64,000 nucleotides of DNA, from the NCBI GenBank assembly GCA_963755125.1, contig CAVWIP010000012.1, positions 64,001-128,000 of the forward strand, read 5' to 3'. The notes beneath the pieces are model-generated. The model was not told where the DNA came from. It saw only the letters and a program-made list of their open reading frames with translations, and made no database searches. The DNA comes from an uncultured delta proteobacterium (GTDB lineage: Bacteria; Myxococcota_A; Polyangia; Fen-1088). A program made the position numbers and the translations under genes. Of the stretch, positions 48,944 to 57,969 are shown piece by piece. Numbering within the stretch: position 1 is the first letter of the stretch; each line of letters starts with the position of its first letter.

Positions 48944-50920
48944 CTACGGCATATCTCCCAACGAGTCCGCTGCTGAGCGTACCTCTCCCCGCCGGATGAT
49001 GGTCTTGCGGATGAAATGCGGCCGTCGCTTGGTCTCTTCGAGAATCTTCGCGATGTACTCACCCACGATGGCAATTCCCAGCAGATTCAGCGACCCGAAG
49101 AAGAGAATGAAGAGAATGATGGTCGTGGCGCCCCGTGGCGCCAGCCCGGGGAAGAGCAGGCGGGATGCGATGTGCCCCACGCCCAGCAAGACGCTCAGCA
49201 GGAAGAACATCGTGCCAAAGAAGCTGAGCGCCAACAGCGGCGTATAGCTGAAAGAAAGTATGCCCTTCTTGGCCCAACCCACGTTCTTGAGAAAGCTATT
49301 GGTGCTGCGGCCGAACATCCTTTGCGGGCGAACATAGTCGATGCCGGCCTGCTTGAACCCCACTGCGGCCCGCACGCCCCGCAGGAAGAAATCCCGCTCC
49401 GGATACTGCAGGATGGCTTTGACCGCACGGCGATCAATCAACGAAAAATCACCGGCATCGTGCGGGATGGAGAGATACGAGAAGGCATCGAAGAGCCGAT
49501 AGAAGAGCTTGTAGGCCAGGCGCATGAAGAGAGACGCCTCACGCTTGACCCGTCGCCCGTACACGATGTCGAAGCCCTCCTGCCACTTGCCCATGAAATC
49601 CCCGATGATCTCCGGAGGATCCTGCAAGTCGCCGTCGAGCAGCACGCAGGCGTTCTTGGTTGCAATCTCCATGCCGCTGCGAAAGGCGGACTGCGACCCG
49701 AAGTTGCGGGAATGCGAAATCCCCACCACGTGCCGGTCGCGGCTACTCAGTTCGCGGATGACCTCCTCGCTGTTGTCGGGGCTGTTGTCGTTGACGAAGA
49801 TGATCTCGTGATCGATCTTGAGGTCGGCGAAGGTCTTCTTCAACCGTTCATACATGATCGGGATGGCCTGGGCGTCCTTGTAGCAGGCCACCACCGCGGA
49901 CACGCTGCGTTTGCTGTCCAGCGCGAATTGCTTGGACGAGCGATAGTAGCGTTGCTTGTCTTCCAGGCTGCGGTACCAATCGGCGGTCCGGCGCAGACCC
50001 TCGCGGAATTCGGTGCGGGCCTTCCAGTGCAGCACCTCCGCCGTCTTGCTCTGGTCAGAGAACCAGTTGACGACGTCCCACTTGCGCCTCTCCATTGTGC
50101 CGTAGGCCGGCTGCCCGGAAATCGAGAACAACTCGGCCGCGGCCTGGGCAACCTCGGCGATGGTAGTCTTGCGGCCGCTGCCGATATTGAAGGAGTCGCC
50201 GAAAAAGGGCTCGCGCAGATTGAGCGCAGTGTCGACGTAGGCCTCGCAGATGTCGTCGACGTAGACGAAATCCCTTGAAATCGCGCCGTCGACCAGAGGC
50301 GGGAATTTCCCCTCCAGGCCGCACCTGACCAGCGTGGGGATGAGCCGGGAAGCGTCTTCCTGCGGACCGTAGGCAGAGAAAAGCCGGAGATTCGCGCACG
50401 GCAAGGACTTCTTCTTGCCATACAAGCGCAAGAGGTTGGCGCACGACACCTTGGCGACGGCGTAATCACTGTTGGGCTGCGGAAGATCGTCCTCCTTGGG
50501 GCCGGCCGCCCGGTCGCCGTATTCCGAGGAACTTCCCGAGTGCACGTAGCAAGAGATGCCGAGGGCCTCCAGACGCTTCAGCAATTTGGCCGTGAGGTTG
50601 AGATTTGTCTCGTAAATCAGCTCGCTCTCGCCTTCGAAGGAATAGCCGCCGTAGCCAACGCAATTGAAGATGGTGCGTGGCTTGCAGTGATCGAGGAGCT
50701 GGTCGCGGTTGGCATCCACCAGCAGGTCGACGACGATGGTGTTGCGCTCGCGCACGCCCGCCAGGCGCCAGGCCGGGGTATGGAAGATCGTGCCGTACAC
50801 ATCGTCCCGATGGGCGAGCAGCATGCACAACAAGTTCGCCCCGAGGAAGCCGCTGGCGCCAAGCACCAGGACCGGTCCTTGCAAGCGGCAAATCTTCTCT
50901 TCCAGTCCGGGGTCAGTCAT
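48944..50920 (-). CDS. Fusion: NAD-dependent sugar epimerase/reductase + GT2 polyprenol-phosphate glycosyltransferase (GtrB/ArnC-like)
   Basis: N-terminal half: GASGFLG, SSSEYG, YAVAK. C-terminal half: FVNDNSPD, SRNFGSQ, DGDLQDPP, GDFSLIDR, two TM helices, GEYIAKI.EE.KRRP. Confidence 0.9.
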   Translation of the reverse strand: MTDPGLEEKICRLQGPVLVLGASGFLGANLLCMLLAHRDDVYGTIFHTPAWRLAGVRERNTIVVDLLVDANRDQLLDHCKPRTIFNCVGYGGYSFEGESELIYETNLNLTAKLLKRLEALGISCYVHSGSSSEYGDRAAGPKEDDLPQPNSDYAVAKVSCANLLRLYGKKKSLPCANLRLFSAYGPQEDASRLIPTLVRCGLEGKFPPLVDGAISRDFVYVDDICEAYVDTALNLREPFFGDSFNIGSGRKTTIAEVAQAAAELFSISGQPAYGTMERRKWDVVNWFSDQSKTAEVLHWKARTEFREGLRRTADWYRSLEDKQRYYRSSKQFALDSKRSVSAVVACYKDAQAIPIMYERLKKTFADLKIDHEIIFVNDNSPDNSEEVIRELSSRDRHVVGISHSRNFGSQSAFRSGMEIATKNACVLLDGDLQDPPEIIGDFMGKWQEGFDIVYGRRVKREASLFMRLAYKLFYRLFDAFSYLSIPHDAGDFSLIDRRAVKAILQYPERDFFLRGVRAAVGFKQAGIDYVRPQRMFGRSTNSFLKNVGWAKKGILSFSYTPLLALSFFGTMFFLLSVLLGVGHIASRLLFPGLAPRGATTIILFILFFGSLNLLGIAIVGEYIAKILEETKRRPHFIRKTIIRRGEVRSAADSLGDMP

Positions 50921-51828
50921 TGGGTGTTGGTCAGCAGTTTAAGGATGGAAGCTGGGTCCAGGCCACATTCTTGTCGGTGGTAGAGTTGCGAACCATAGTG
51001 GCCCGAGGGATAGCCGCGCGCAAACCGATGCGTGAAACGGCGCGGAGTCGTCCCGGCGCACAGAAGTGCATGAGCCAAACTCGCGCCCGCGCTCCCCTGC
51101 GCAACATGTTCCTCAACCACGATGAGGTGCCCGCTTCGCCCAATATCGGCAGCAAAAGCAGCCGGGATCTCGGCAGCGACAATGGGCAGTTCTGACACGA
51201 CCCAAAGAGCGGGCTGTTGCGATTCCGGCAGGGTCTGCGCCGCCGCCAGGATGCCGCCCGCCATAGGCCCGACCACCAGCACCGCTGCGCCCCGACCTGA
51301 GAGAATTCGCCGCCAGGGGCCGTAGGCGGGCACGACAAAATCCCCGGGCGTCTCGTCGCGGCCCAGACGGAGGTACGCGGGTCGCGCCGCCGCGGTCAGG
51401 CGCGAAACCGCCTGGGGAACATCCGCGGCAAAGGCGGGAACGCAGACGGTAAGGTTGGGCAACCCGAGCAGGACGCCGTAGTCTTCAATGGCGTGGTGGG
51501 TGGGGCCCATGACCCCGTAGGCATATCCGCCGCCGTTGCCGACCAAGAAGACCGGCAGATCGTGCATGCACACGTCGTTGCGGATCTGCTCGAAGGCCCG
51601 CGCGTAGAGAAAGGGCGCAATGCTGTAGACCCATGGCCGCAGGCCGGCGCGGGCCAGACCGGCTGCAACCGACACCATGTTCTGCTCGGCAATCCCGGCG
51701 TTGATGAAACGCTCCCTGGCGGCGTCACGCAACGGCTCGAGGGCCATGAAGCCCAGATCGCCGGTGAGAAACACGAAGTCCGATTCCCGCGCGCGGGCCA
51801 GCAGGGTTCTGCTGAAGATGGCTCTCAC
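50917..51828 (-). CDS. Split transketolase, C-terminal (pyrimidine-binding) subunit
   Basis: LTGDLGF, NAGIAEQNM, RAFEQIRND, GPTHH, YLRLG, VVEEH. GTGA overlap with the upstream subunit gene. Confidence 0.9.
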   Translation of the reverse strand: MRAIFSRTLLARARESDFVFLTGDLGFMALEPLRDAARERFINAGIAEQNMVSVAAGLARAGLRPWVYSIAPFLYARAFEQIRNDVCMHDLPVFLVGNGGGYAYGVMGPTHHAIEDYGVLLGLPNLTVCVPAFAADVPQAVSRLTAAARPAYLRLGRDETPGDFVVPAYGPWRRILSGRGAAVLVVGPMAGGILAAAQTLPESQQPALWVVSELPIVAAEIPAAFAADIGRSGHLIVVEEHVAQGSAGASLAHALLCAGTTPRRFTHRFARGYPSGHYGSQLYHRQECGLDPASILKLLTNTQ

Positions 51829-52592
51829 AGGCGGCTCACTTCCTCGATGGCCATCTGGTACTGCTCTGCCGTCATCGGCAGATAGTGCCACTCCATCTTG
51901 TTCTCCATGAAGGAGACACCGCGGCCCTTGATGGTCCGTGCCACCAGAGCAACCGGACGATCCGCGAGAGGCGCTTTCAATGCCTGCTCGATGGCGTCGG
52001 TGTCATGGCCGTTGACTTCGCGGACCTCGAGGCCAAATTCCTTCAACTTGTTGCCCAGCGATCCCAGATTGGCCACCTCGGCGGTGGAGCCGAAGCCTTG
52101 CAGACCGTTGAGGTCCACCAGCAAGACAACTTCGCGCAGGTTGCGATGGGCGATGAAGGTCAATGACTCCCAGTTTGAGCCCTCGTTCCATTCGCCGTCT
52201 GACAGCAGGCAGAACACCCGCCCCGGCTGACCGCGCAGCCTCTTGCCCAGGGCCAGACCCGCGGCCAGACCAAGCCCGTGCCCGAGACTTCCAATGGCAA
52301 ACGGGATGTCAGGGATGCCGCGCGGGACCGGATGCCCACCCAGCTTCGTGTGATCCTTGTGAAAGGTCGCCAGCTGTTCCTCGGTAAGCCGGCCCAGCGA
52401 CCAAAGTGTGATGTACAGGGCGCCGGCCGCATGTCCTTTGGAAAGGATGAACTGGTCGTCGCGCCCCATGATCCGATGGTGCAAGGTCAGCAGCATGTCG
52501 AGCGCTGACAGGTTTCCCCCGATGTGACCCACTCCGCTCTCGAAGTGCATCTTGAGCAAGCGCAGCCTCGCTCTTCGCAGGATGTCCCTCAC
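51825..52592 (-). CDS. Split transketolase, N-terminal (TPP-binding) subunit
   Basis: GHIGGNLS, ILSKGH, GSLGHG, SDGEWNEGSNWE, TIKGRG. GGAGG precedes GTG 52592. Confidence 0.9.
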   Translation of the reverse strand: MRDILRRARLRLLKMHFESGVGHIGGNLSALDMLLTLHHRIMGRDDQFILSKGHAAGALYITLWSLGRLTEEQLATFHKDHTKLGGHPVPRGIPDIPFAIGSLGHGLGLAAGLALGKRLRGQPGRVFCLLSDGEWNEGSNWESLTFIAHRNLREVVLLVDLNGLQGFGSTAEVANLGSLGNKLKEFGLEVREVNGHDTDAIEQALKAPLADRPVALVARTIKGRGVSFMENKMEWHYLPMTAEQYQMAIEEVSRL

Positions 52593-52874
52593 AGAAATCC
52601 TCCGTCGGCACATGCCACGCGGGTCGGATCACGCCGGACGCGGAATCCCAGCACAATGACGCCACCTGCCCGTTCCCGTGCCGGGCCTAGCAGACGTACG
52701 CGCATCGCGCCAGAACAGCCCTTGACGCCATTTGCGGGTACTGATGAGGCCGTATCGACCACTCGGGACAGTCTACCCCATCACGCCCGGTCAATGTGGT
52801 CGGCAGTTCAGTCTCCACCCGTTGCACATCTCGGATCGGGCAAGGTGACAAGAAGTAGACGGTCACTGAGATGG

Positions 52875-52992
52875 GAACCCTGAGAGGGTTCGCTTCGCCC
52901 TTCGGCCCCCCCACCCGCCACCTCCTCCCCGCTCGCTTCGCTCGGCCTCGCCAACCCCTCCCGCGCTCTGGCTCCGGCGGGCCAAGCCCGCC
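52875..52992. repeat. Structured intergenic element with two perfect hairpins and a pyrimidine-rich core
   Basis: GAACCCT-gag-AGGGTTC (52875-52891), GGCGGGC-caa-GCCCGCC (52976-52992), CGCTTCGC twice. Confidence 0.45.
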
Positions 52993-53032
52993 TTCGCCTA
53001 CGCGATCCAGCCGGAACCACCGCCGTTCTTTA

Positions 53033-54055
53033 TCACCAGCCTGGCTCGCCCAAGAGGCTGCAGGTCTTACAGATTTCCGGCGGATCGCGCTCGGGGTCCA
53101 AGAGTTGCTGCCGCATGGTCACCAGGGTTGGGTGGTTGAAGACGACGTCAGGGGCAGCATCGAAGAGATTGCTGTCAGGGCCCCGCAACATCATATCCGT
53201 GCCGCAACAGAGCCCCAGGTTGCCCAAGCTGTCACAGCTGATACGTTGCCACAACTGCGGACAGAGTTTCCTGAATCCCCCCTTCGGGATGGCAACCGGC
53301 CAGAGGCAAAAGCCAGGAAGCGCATCCTCCATTCGCCTGCGAAATTCAACATAGGCGGGAAGCGCGTCGTCGATGACCTCATCGGGCTTCGGGTCCACAC
53401 CCACGGGACGATAGATCCAGAAGCGAAGGCTGCGGCATCCCACATCACGGATGAACCGCGCGGTCCTGAGTAGCTCATCCTGATCCCCCTCCACCTTGCC
53501 GCGCGAGAGGACGATGCTCATGTGTACGGGGAAAACCCGGTTGATGCTTGAAAGATCCCGCTCGATGACCTTTCGATTGGCATCATAGAGCGAGACGTTG
53601 ATCCTGGAAATCCCGGCGCGCTTCAGTCCGGCAATGCGTTCGGCCAGCAGCAAGCCGTTTGTCGCGGTATTGACGATGTGCCCGTGTTTCACCAGATAGG
53701 AGACGATGGCTTCAAGATCGTCAACCAGCAGCGGCTCTCCCCATCCGAAATCGACCAGCAGGCAATTCTCAAGCAACGGGTTCGCGAAGAGACGTTCGAT
53801 CTTCGCCAAAGTCGCCTCGCTCTCGCGCCACGCCGCTCCCTTGTTGAGGACGTTCCCCGCATGGCAATAGCCGCAGTTGAGGTTGCAGCGCTGGGTGAGC
53901 ATCACAGCAGCGATCTGCGGCGCGTACCTGCGTATCGATGTCCTGGCCGTCCTGGGCAGGCAGCGGTACTTCAGATAGTTCCAGACCTTGGGCGCCGCAC
54001 GCAATGGGTGCACCTGGCGGCTCATCTCGTAGTAGTAGGCCGCCTTCTGTTTCAT
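53033..54055 (-). CDS. Radical SAM protein with C-terminal twitch/SPASM-like Cys motif
   Basis: CNLNCGYC, GWGEPLL, TNGLLL, CPQLW..GNLGLCC..CKTC. ATGA overlap with the upstream YfhO gene. Confidence 0.88.
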   Translation of the reverse strand: MKQKAAYYYEMSRQVHPLRAAPKVWNYLKYRCLPRTARTSIRRYAPQIAAVMLTQRCNLNCGYCHAGNVLNKGAAWRESEATLAKIERLFANPLLENCLLVDFGWGEPLLVDDLEAIVSYLVKHGHIVNTATNGLLLAERIAGLKRAGISRINVSLYDANRKVIERDLSSINRVFPVHMSIVLSRGKVEGDQDELLRTARFIRDVGCRSLRFWIYRPVGVDPKPDEVIDDALPAYVEFRRRMEDALPGFCLWPVAIPKGGFRKLCPQLWQRISCDSLGNLGLCCGTDMMLRGPDSNLFDAAPDVVFNHPTLVTMRQQLLDPERDPPEICKTCSLLGEPGW

Positions 54056-56382
54056 GCGAGCACCGGGTCGCGGTGGGCTCCCTTCCCGCAATTCCTCTGT
54101 CGCCACAACGGTGGGATCAGAAACCCTCCCAAAAAGACGATGAGACTGCCGAGCGATACCCAGAATCCGACGACCACGGTCACTGGCTGGAAACGGAAGC
54201 TGACCCGGTGGTCGCCGGCTGGAACCACCACCGCCCGCTGGGTGACGTTCGCCCGATAGATGGGAGTTGCGCTTCCGTCAACCTTGGCAATCCAACCCGG
54301 ATAGTACGAATCGGAAAATACCAGCATCGCCGCCCGCGCAGTGTGCACCCTCATCTCGGCCTGGTTGGTCGTGTAGCGCACGAATTCCACGGTCCCGCCG
54401 GTACTCTCGCCCGGCTGGTAGTTTGGTGGCTCGGCATCGAGCAGGACCGAGTGCTCCGGGTCAAATGCATCAGAAGCGATCATCCTCAGCGCAAGCCTAC
54501 CATCCGGCACCGGCACAATCCCGTCCACCAGATACGCCCGCGGCAGAAAATCATCGTATTGATACAGGTACGCGCCACCATACACGCCCAGCGCTCTCTG
54601 CTTCCCGGCCGGAGAGAGGGGCCAGAACGACGTGAGATACTTCACGTTGTACATGCGCATCAACTTCCAGAACAGCGAGGTCGGCCGAAAATTTTCGTCC
54701 TGGACCGACCCGGTTTGCGTGATGAGGCCGGCACTGTTCTGGTCACCCCAGATATCAACGATGTAGCTCGGCGTCAGATTGGCATAGCCATTGGGCGAAG
54801 ACAGCCCGTACAGTACGTTGCTGCTCGGCTGGAGGAACTCACGCTGCTCGACGAACGGCTGCAGATCCCCTTCCCAGCCGCGTGCCTGCGCGAACATTTT
54901 CCTGTGCGATCGATTGCCGCCCAGACAGAAGATGCGAAAGAGCGACGGATCCTGTTTGAGGATCTCGACCGTCCTGGGCGGCTTGATCCACTGTGCCATG
55001 TCGACAATCGGGTTCTGGCGAAGCTGGAAATACAGCAGGTCGCAAATGATGAGCGCCAACAAGATCGCCTGGAGCAGCAAGGACCGACGGGACTGCACAA
55101 GAACGGGCTGCCTTGATCCCAGAGTACGGGCGCCGAGCTGTTGCGCCAGCCTGGTCAATCCCAGGCACGCCAGTGCGACAAGTGAAACGTCGGTGACGAG
55201 AAGCAGCCTGGTCGGAAAGCGAAAGTAGTTCATGCCGGGAACGGTGTTGAATACGACCTTGTACAGCGGAGTTCCCGGGCCCAGCACCAGCAGGAAGGAA
55301 AGCACGGCGCTGGCGGCAAAGAACCTCGCGTGCCAGTTCTTCCACCAGCGCACCGGCGCGGAGACCGCGAGCACAAGCGTCAGCAGGCCGACGTATCCGG
55401 AGTTCTCCCAGAAAATACTCTTGCCGGTATATGTGAAATTGCCGATGTCGCCATTGCTGTAAGGGTAGAAGAACGTCCAGACGCTCTTCAGGTCATAGGC
55501 GTACTTCGAGGCATACTCGAATGTGACTCCGCCCGAGCGCTGAGAGAGGGAGACCATTTCGTAAGTGGGGATGAGTTGGACTGCGGCGAGCAGCGAACCT
55601 AGGATGAGCATTCCGGCAAACGACCAGGTGAGTTTGTTCCTGAAGACGTCGATCGCGGCCCTGACAGTGTTCGACTGCTTGGACGCCGCCCGCACCTCCC
55701 CTTGCCGGTTGAAGAGCCGCAGCGGAAAATAGAACAGATAGAGCACCCCCGAGTAATACGCGGTCTGCGCATTGCCGGCGAGATGCTGCAACCCGAACAC
55801 GATGCCAAACCACAGCAATGGGCGATGGTGATTCCGCCTGACCGCGCGCTCGAGCAGGGTCAGGGCGAGCGGCAGCCAGCAGGCGGCGTTGGCCATGCTG
55901 AGATGTTTCAGGTGGGAAATGAGGTATCCGCTGAAGCAGAACGCGATTGCCCCGACCAGGCCCGATAGGGTGCTGCCCCCGATCTCGCGCGCGTAGAGGT
56001 ACATGCCAATGCCGGCGATGACGAGGGTCAGGAGGATGGTGAGGTTGAGCGCCACGTAGGGCGAGAACAGGCCGAAGAGGGCGAGGTTGAAGGGGTAGCA
56101 GACCCCGGCCTCCGCCCGGGCGAGAAGGGGGAAGCCCCCGTAGATCTCGCGGACCCACAAGGGCCAATGGCCCGAATGGAGAGCATTGCCCAGCGAAAAG
56201 CGGTAGGGGAAATTCTCGTTCATCAGGTCGCTGGCGAAGATGTCGTCGGTGATGATCAGACCCTTCATCGACGTCAGCTTCCAGAACGCAGCGAGCACTA
56301 CCGCGGCAATGAATGCGAATGCGACCCGCGTCTGCAGTCGTGGGTCTTGCTCGACCTTCATCGCGAGGGCAGGAAATCTCAT
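54052..56382 (-). CDS. YfhO-family (GT-C-like) membrane protein
   Basis: SDLMNENFPY..WPLW..GGFP..GVCYP, FRFPTR, SDSYYPGWIAKVDG..RANVTQRAVVVPAGDHRV. Confidence 0.87.
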   Translation of the reverse strand: MRFPALAMKVEQDPRLQTRVAFAFIAAVVLAAFWKLTSMKGLIITDDIFASDLMNENFPYRFSLGNALHSGHWPLWVREIYGGFPLLARAEAGVCYPFNLALFGLFSPYVALNLTILLTLVIAGIGMYLYAREIGGSTLSGLVGAIAFCFSGYLISHLKHLSMANAACWLPLALTLLERAVRRNHHRPLLWFGIVFGLQHLAGNAQTAYYSGVLYLFYFPLRLFNRQGEVRAASKQSNTVRAAIDVFRNKLTWSFAGMLILGSLLAAVQLIPTYEMVSLSQRSGGVTFEYASKYAYDLKSVWTFFYPYSNGDIGNFTYTGKSIFWENSGYVGLLTLVLAVSAPVRWWKNWHARFFAASAVLSFLLVLGPGTPLYKVVFNTVPGMNYFRFPTRLLLVTDVSLVALACLGLTRLAQQLGARTLGSRQPVLVQSRRSLLLQAILLALIICDLLYFQLRQNPIVDMAQWIKPPRTVEILKQDPSLFRIFCLGGNRSHRKMFAQARGWEGDLQPFVEQREFLQPSSNVLYGLSSPNGYANLTPSYIVDIWGDQNSAGLITQTGSVQDENFRPTSLFWKLMRMYNVKYLTSFWPLSPAGKQRALGVYGGAYLYQYDDFLPRAYLVDGIVPVPDGRLALRMIASDAFDPEHSVLLDAEPPNYQPGESTGGTVEFVRYTTNQAEMRVHTARAAMLVFSDSYYPGWIAKVDGSATPIYRANVTQRAVVVPAGDHRVSFRFQPVTVVVGFWVSLGSLIVFLGGFLIPPLWRQRNCGKGAHRDPVLA

Positions 56383-56390
56383 TGGCCCCG

Positions 56391-57041
56391 CTACGGCAGT
56401 TCGACTGCGGCGTCGCGCGCGGGCCGAGCCAGTTCCTTGTCGATCGCGTCCTTGAACACCGAGAAAGGCTGGGCCCCCACGATCCAGTAGTGGTCGGTGG
56501 CGAAGGTTGGCGTGCTGTCCACGCCCAGGGAGGCTGCCAGAGATTCGTCTTGCTCGACCTCGTCGGCAATCTCGGGGCTGGCCCGATCGGTATCGAATTG
56601 CGCGACATCAAGACCGATGATCTGCGCATACTGGTCGAGGTCCGCGTCCGTCAGGTCGTCCTGATGAGCGAACATCTGATCGTGCATCTCCCACGCCTTG
56701 CCCTGGAGGGCCGCGGCCAGGAAGGCATCGGCCGCGTGCAAGGCATATTCGTGAATGCTGAGCGGGAAGTTCACGAAGGCCAGCGCGACGTCACTGGGAT
56801 AACTGGCCAGCACGCGCCTCACCGTGGGCTCGGCCTCCCCGCAGTACGGGCACTCAAAATCCCCGAACTCCACCAGAGTCACCCGCGCCGAGTCCGTACC
56901 GCGGCGCGGAACGTGTGCCGGAATGTCGATCGGCCCGGCGTCATACGCCGTGAGGGTCTCGGGCACCTCCGTCGCATGCACGCAACCAAGCAATACAACG
57001 GACATGCCCATCATGCAGATGGTGCCGAACCGGAGGGCCAT
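56391..57041 (-). CDS. DsbA-family thioredoxin-fold lipoprotein
   Basis: Lipobox LLGC, EFGDFECPYC, FPL..H, GVDSTPTF. Confidence 0.88.
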   Translation of the reverse strand: MALRFGTICMMGMSVVLLGCVHATEVPETLTAYDAGPIDIPAHVPRRGTDSARVTLVEFGDFECPYCGEAEPTVRRVLASYPSDVALAFVNFPLSIHEYALHAADAFLAAALQGKAWEMHDQMFAHQDDLTDADLDQYAQIIGLDVAQFDTDRASPEIADEVEQDESLAASLGVDSTPTFATDHYWIVGAQPFSVFKDAIDKELARPARDAAVELP

Positions 57042-57086
57042 CAACTCATTTATTAGCAGGCAAGCAAGAAGACCGCCACCTCCCAG

Positions 57087-57950
57087 TCAGACCAGCTTGC
57101 CGAGCACGCTCTCCAGCGTGGTGGGTCCGCGCACGTGCCTGGAGTCGCCACCCTGGAAGCGCATGAGCCCGGTGTCCAGACCGTGCGCCATCTCCTTGAA
57201 CAATCCCGCCATGTTCTCCGACAGCCCGCTCTGCAGCAGCGTGGGAATCACGCCCTCGTTGGGCACGCGCACGGCCTCGACCGGCCGGCCCAGGTGCTTG
57301 GCCAGGATACGCGCGGCATCGGCGTAGCTGGATTCCTGCAGCGCCTCGAGCTCGATGATCTCCTTGTGCGCAGGTGGTTCCAGCAACGCCTGGGCTGCAG
57401 TACGGCCGATGTCCGCAGTGGCGATCATCGCGATGCGACGGTTGGGTTCGAACAGGCAAGGCAGGACGCCCTGAGCGCGAGCCACCGAAACCAGCGAACC
57501 GATGTTCTCCATGAAGTACGCCGCGCGGACGAAGGTCACGCGGGACGCGCGCAGGCTGCCCAGCCGGATCTCACCCTCGTGCAAGAGCGCCACCGGCCCT
57601 GTTCCCTTTTCGTGCTGCGCCCCGATGGACGAGAGAAACACCGCGTGCGGAACACGGGCGCTCGCCAACGCCTCGGTCATGGCCCCGAGCAAGTGGCGGC
57701 CACGTGCCATGAAATCGGTCGCCGCAAAGTCGGGAGGAACCAGCAGATAGGCGCCTTCGACCCCCTGCAAAGCGCGCGTCAGCGCCGCTGCATCGTCCAG
57801 CGATGCCACTGCCACCTCGGCGCCCTTCTCGCGCCAGGGCAAACCCTTGTCTTCGCTGCGCACGAGGACGCGTATCGGCTGTCTCTTCTCCAGCAGCGCT
57901 GTGGCAGCCGCGGCGCCAGTCTTTCCAGATACGCCCGCAATCAAGTACAT
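57087..57950 (-). CDS. NmrA-like NAD(P)H-binding protein
   Basis: AGVSGKTG, LSSIGA, RAAYFMEN, IATADIG. AAGGAGG RBS. Confidence 0.88.
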   Translation of the reverse strand: MYLIAGVSGKTGAAAATALLEKRQPIRVLVRSEDKGLPWREKGAEVAVASLDDAAALTRALQGVEGAYLLVPPDFAATDFMARGRHLLGAMTEALASARVPHAVFLSSIGAQHEKGTGPVALLHEGEIRLGSLRASRVTFVRAAYFMENIGSLVSVARAQGVLPCLFEPNRRIAMIATADIGRTAAQALLEPPAHKEIIELEALQESSYADAARILAKHLGRPVEAVRVPNEGVIPTLLQSGLSENMAGLFKEMAHGLDTGLMRFQGGDSRHVRGPTTLESVLGKLV

Positions 57951-57969
57951 CACGTCCTCCTTGCTTGGG

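Noticed and set aside
52861..52895. TPP riboswitch suggested by CTGAGA..ACCC near TPP-enzyme genes
   Set aside because: It is on the wrong strand relative to the transketolase genes, and the downstream ACCTGA/GTAAT core is not present.
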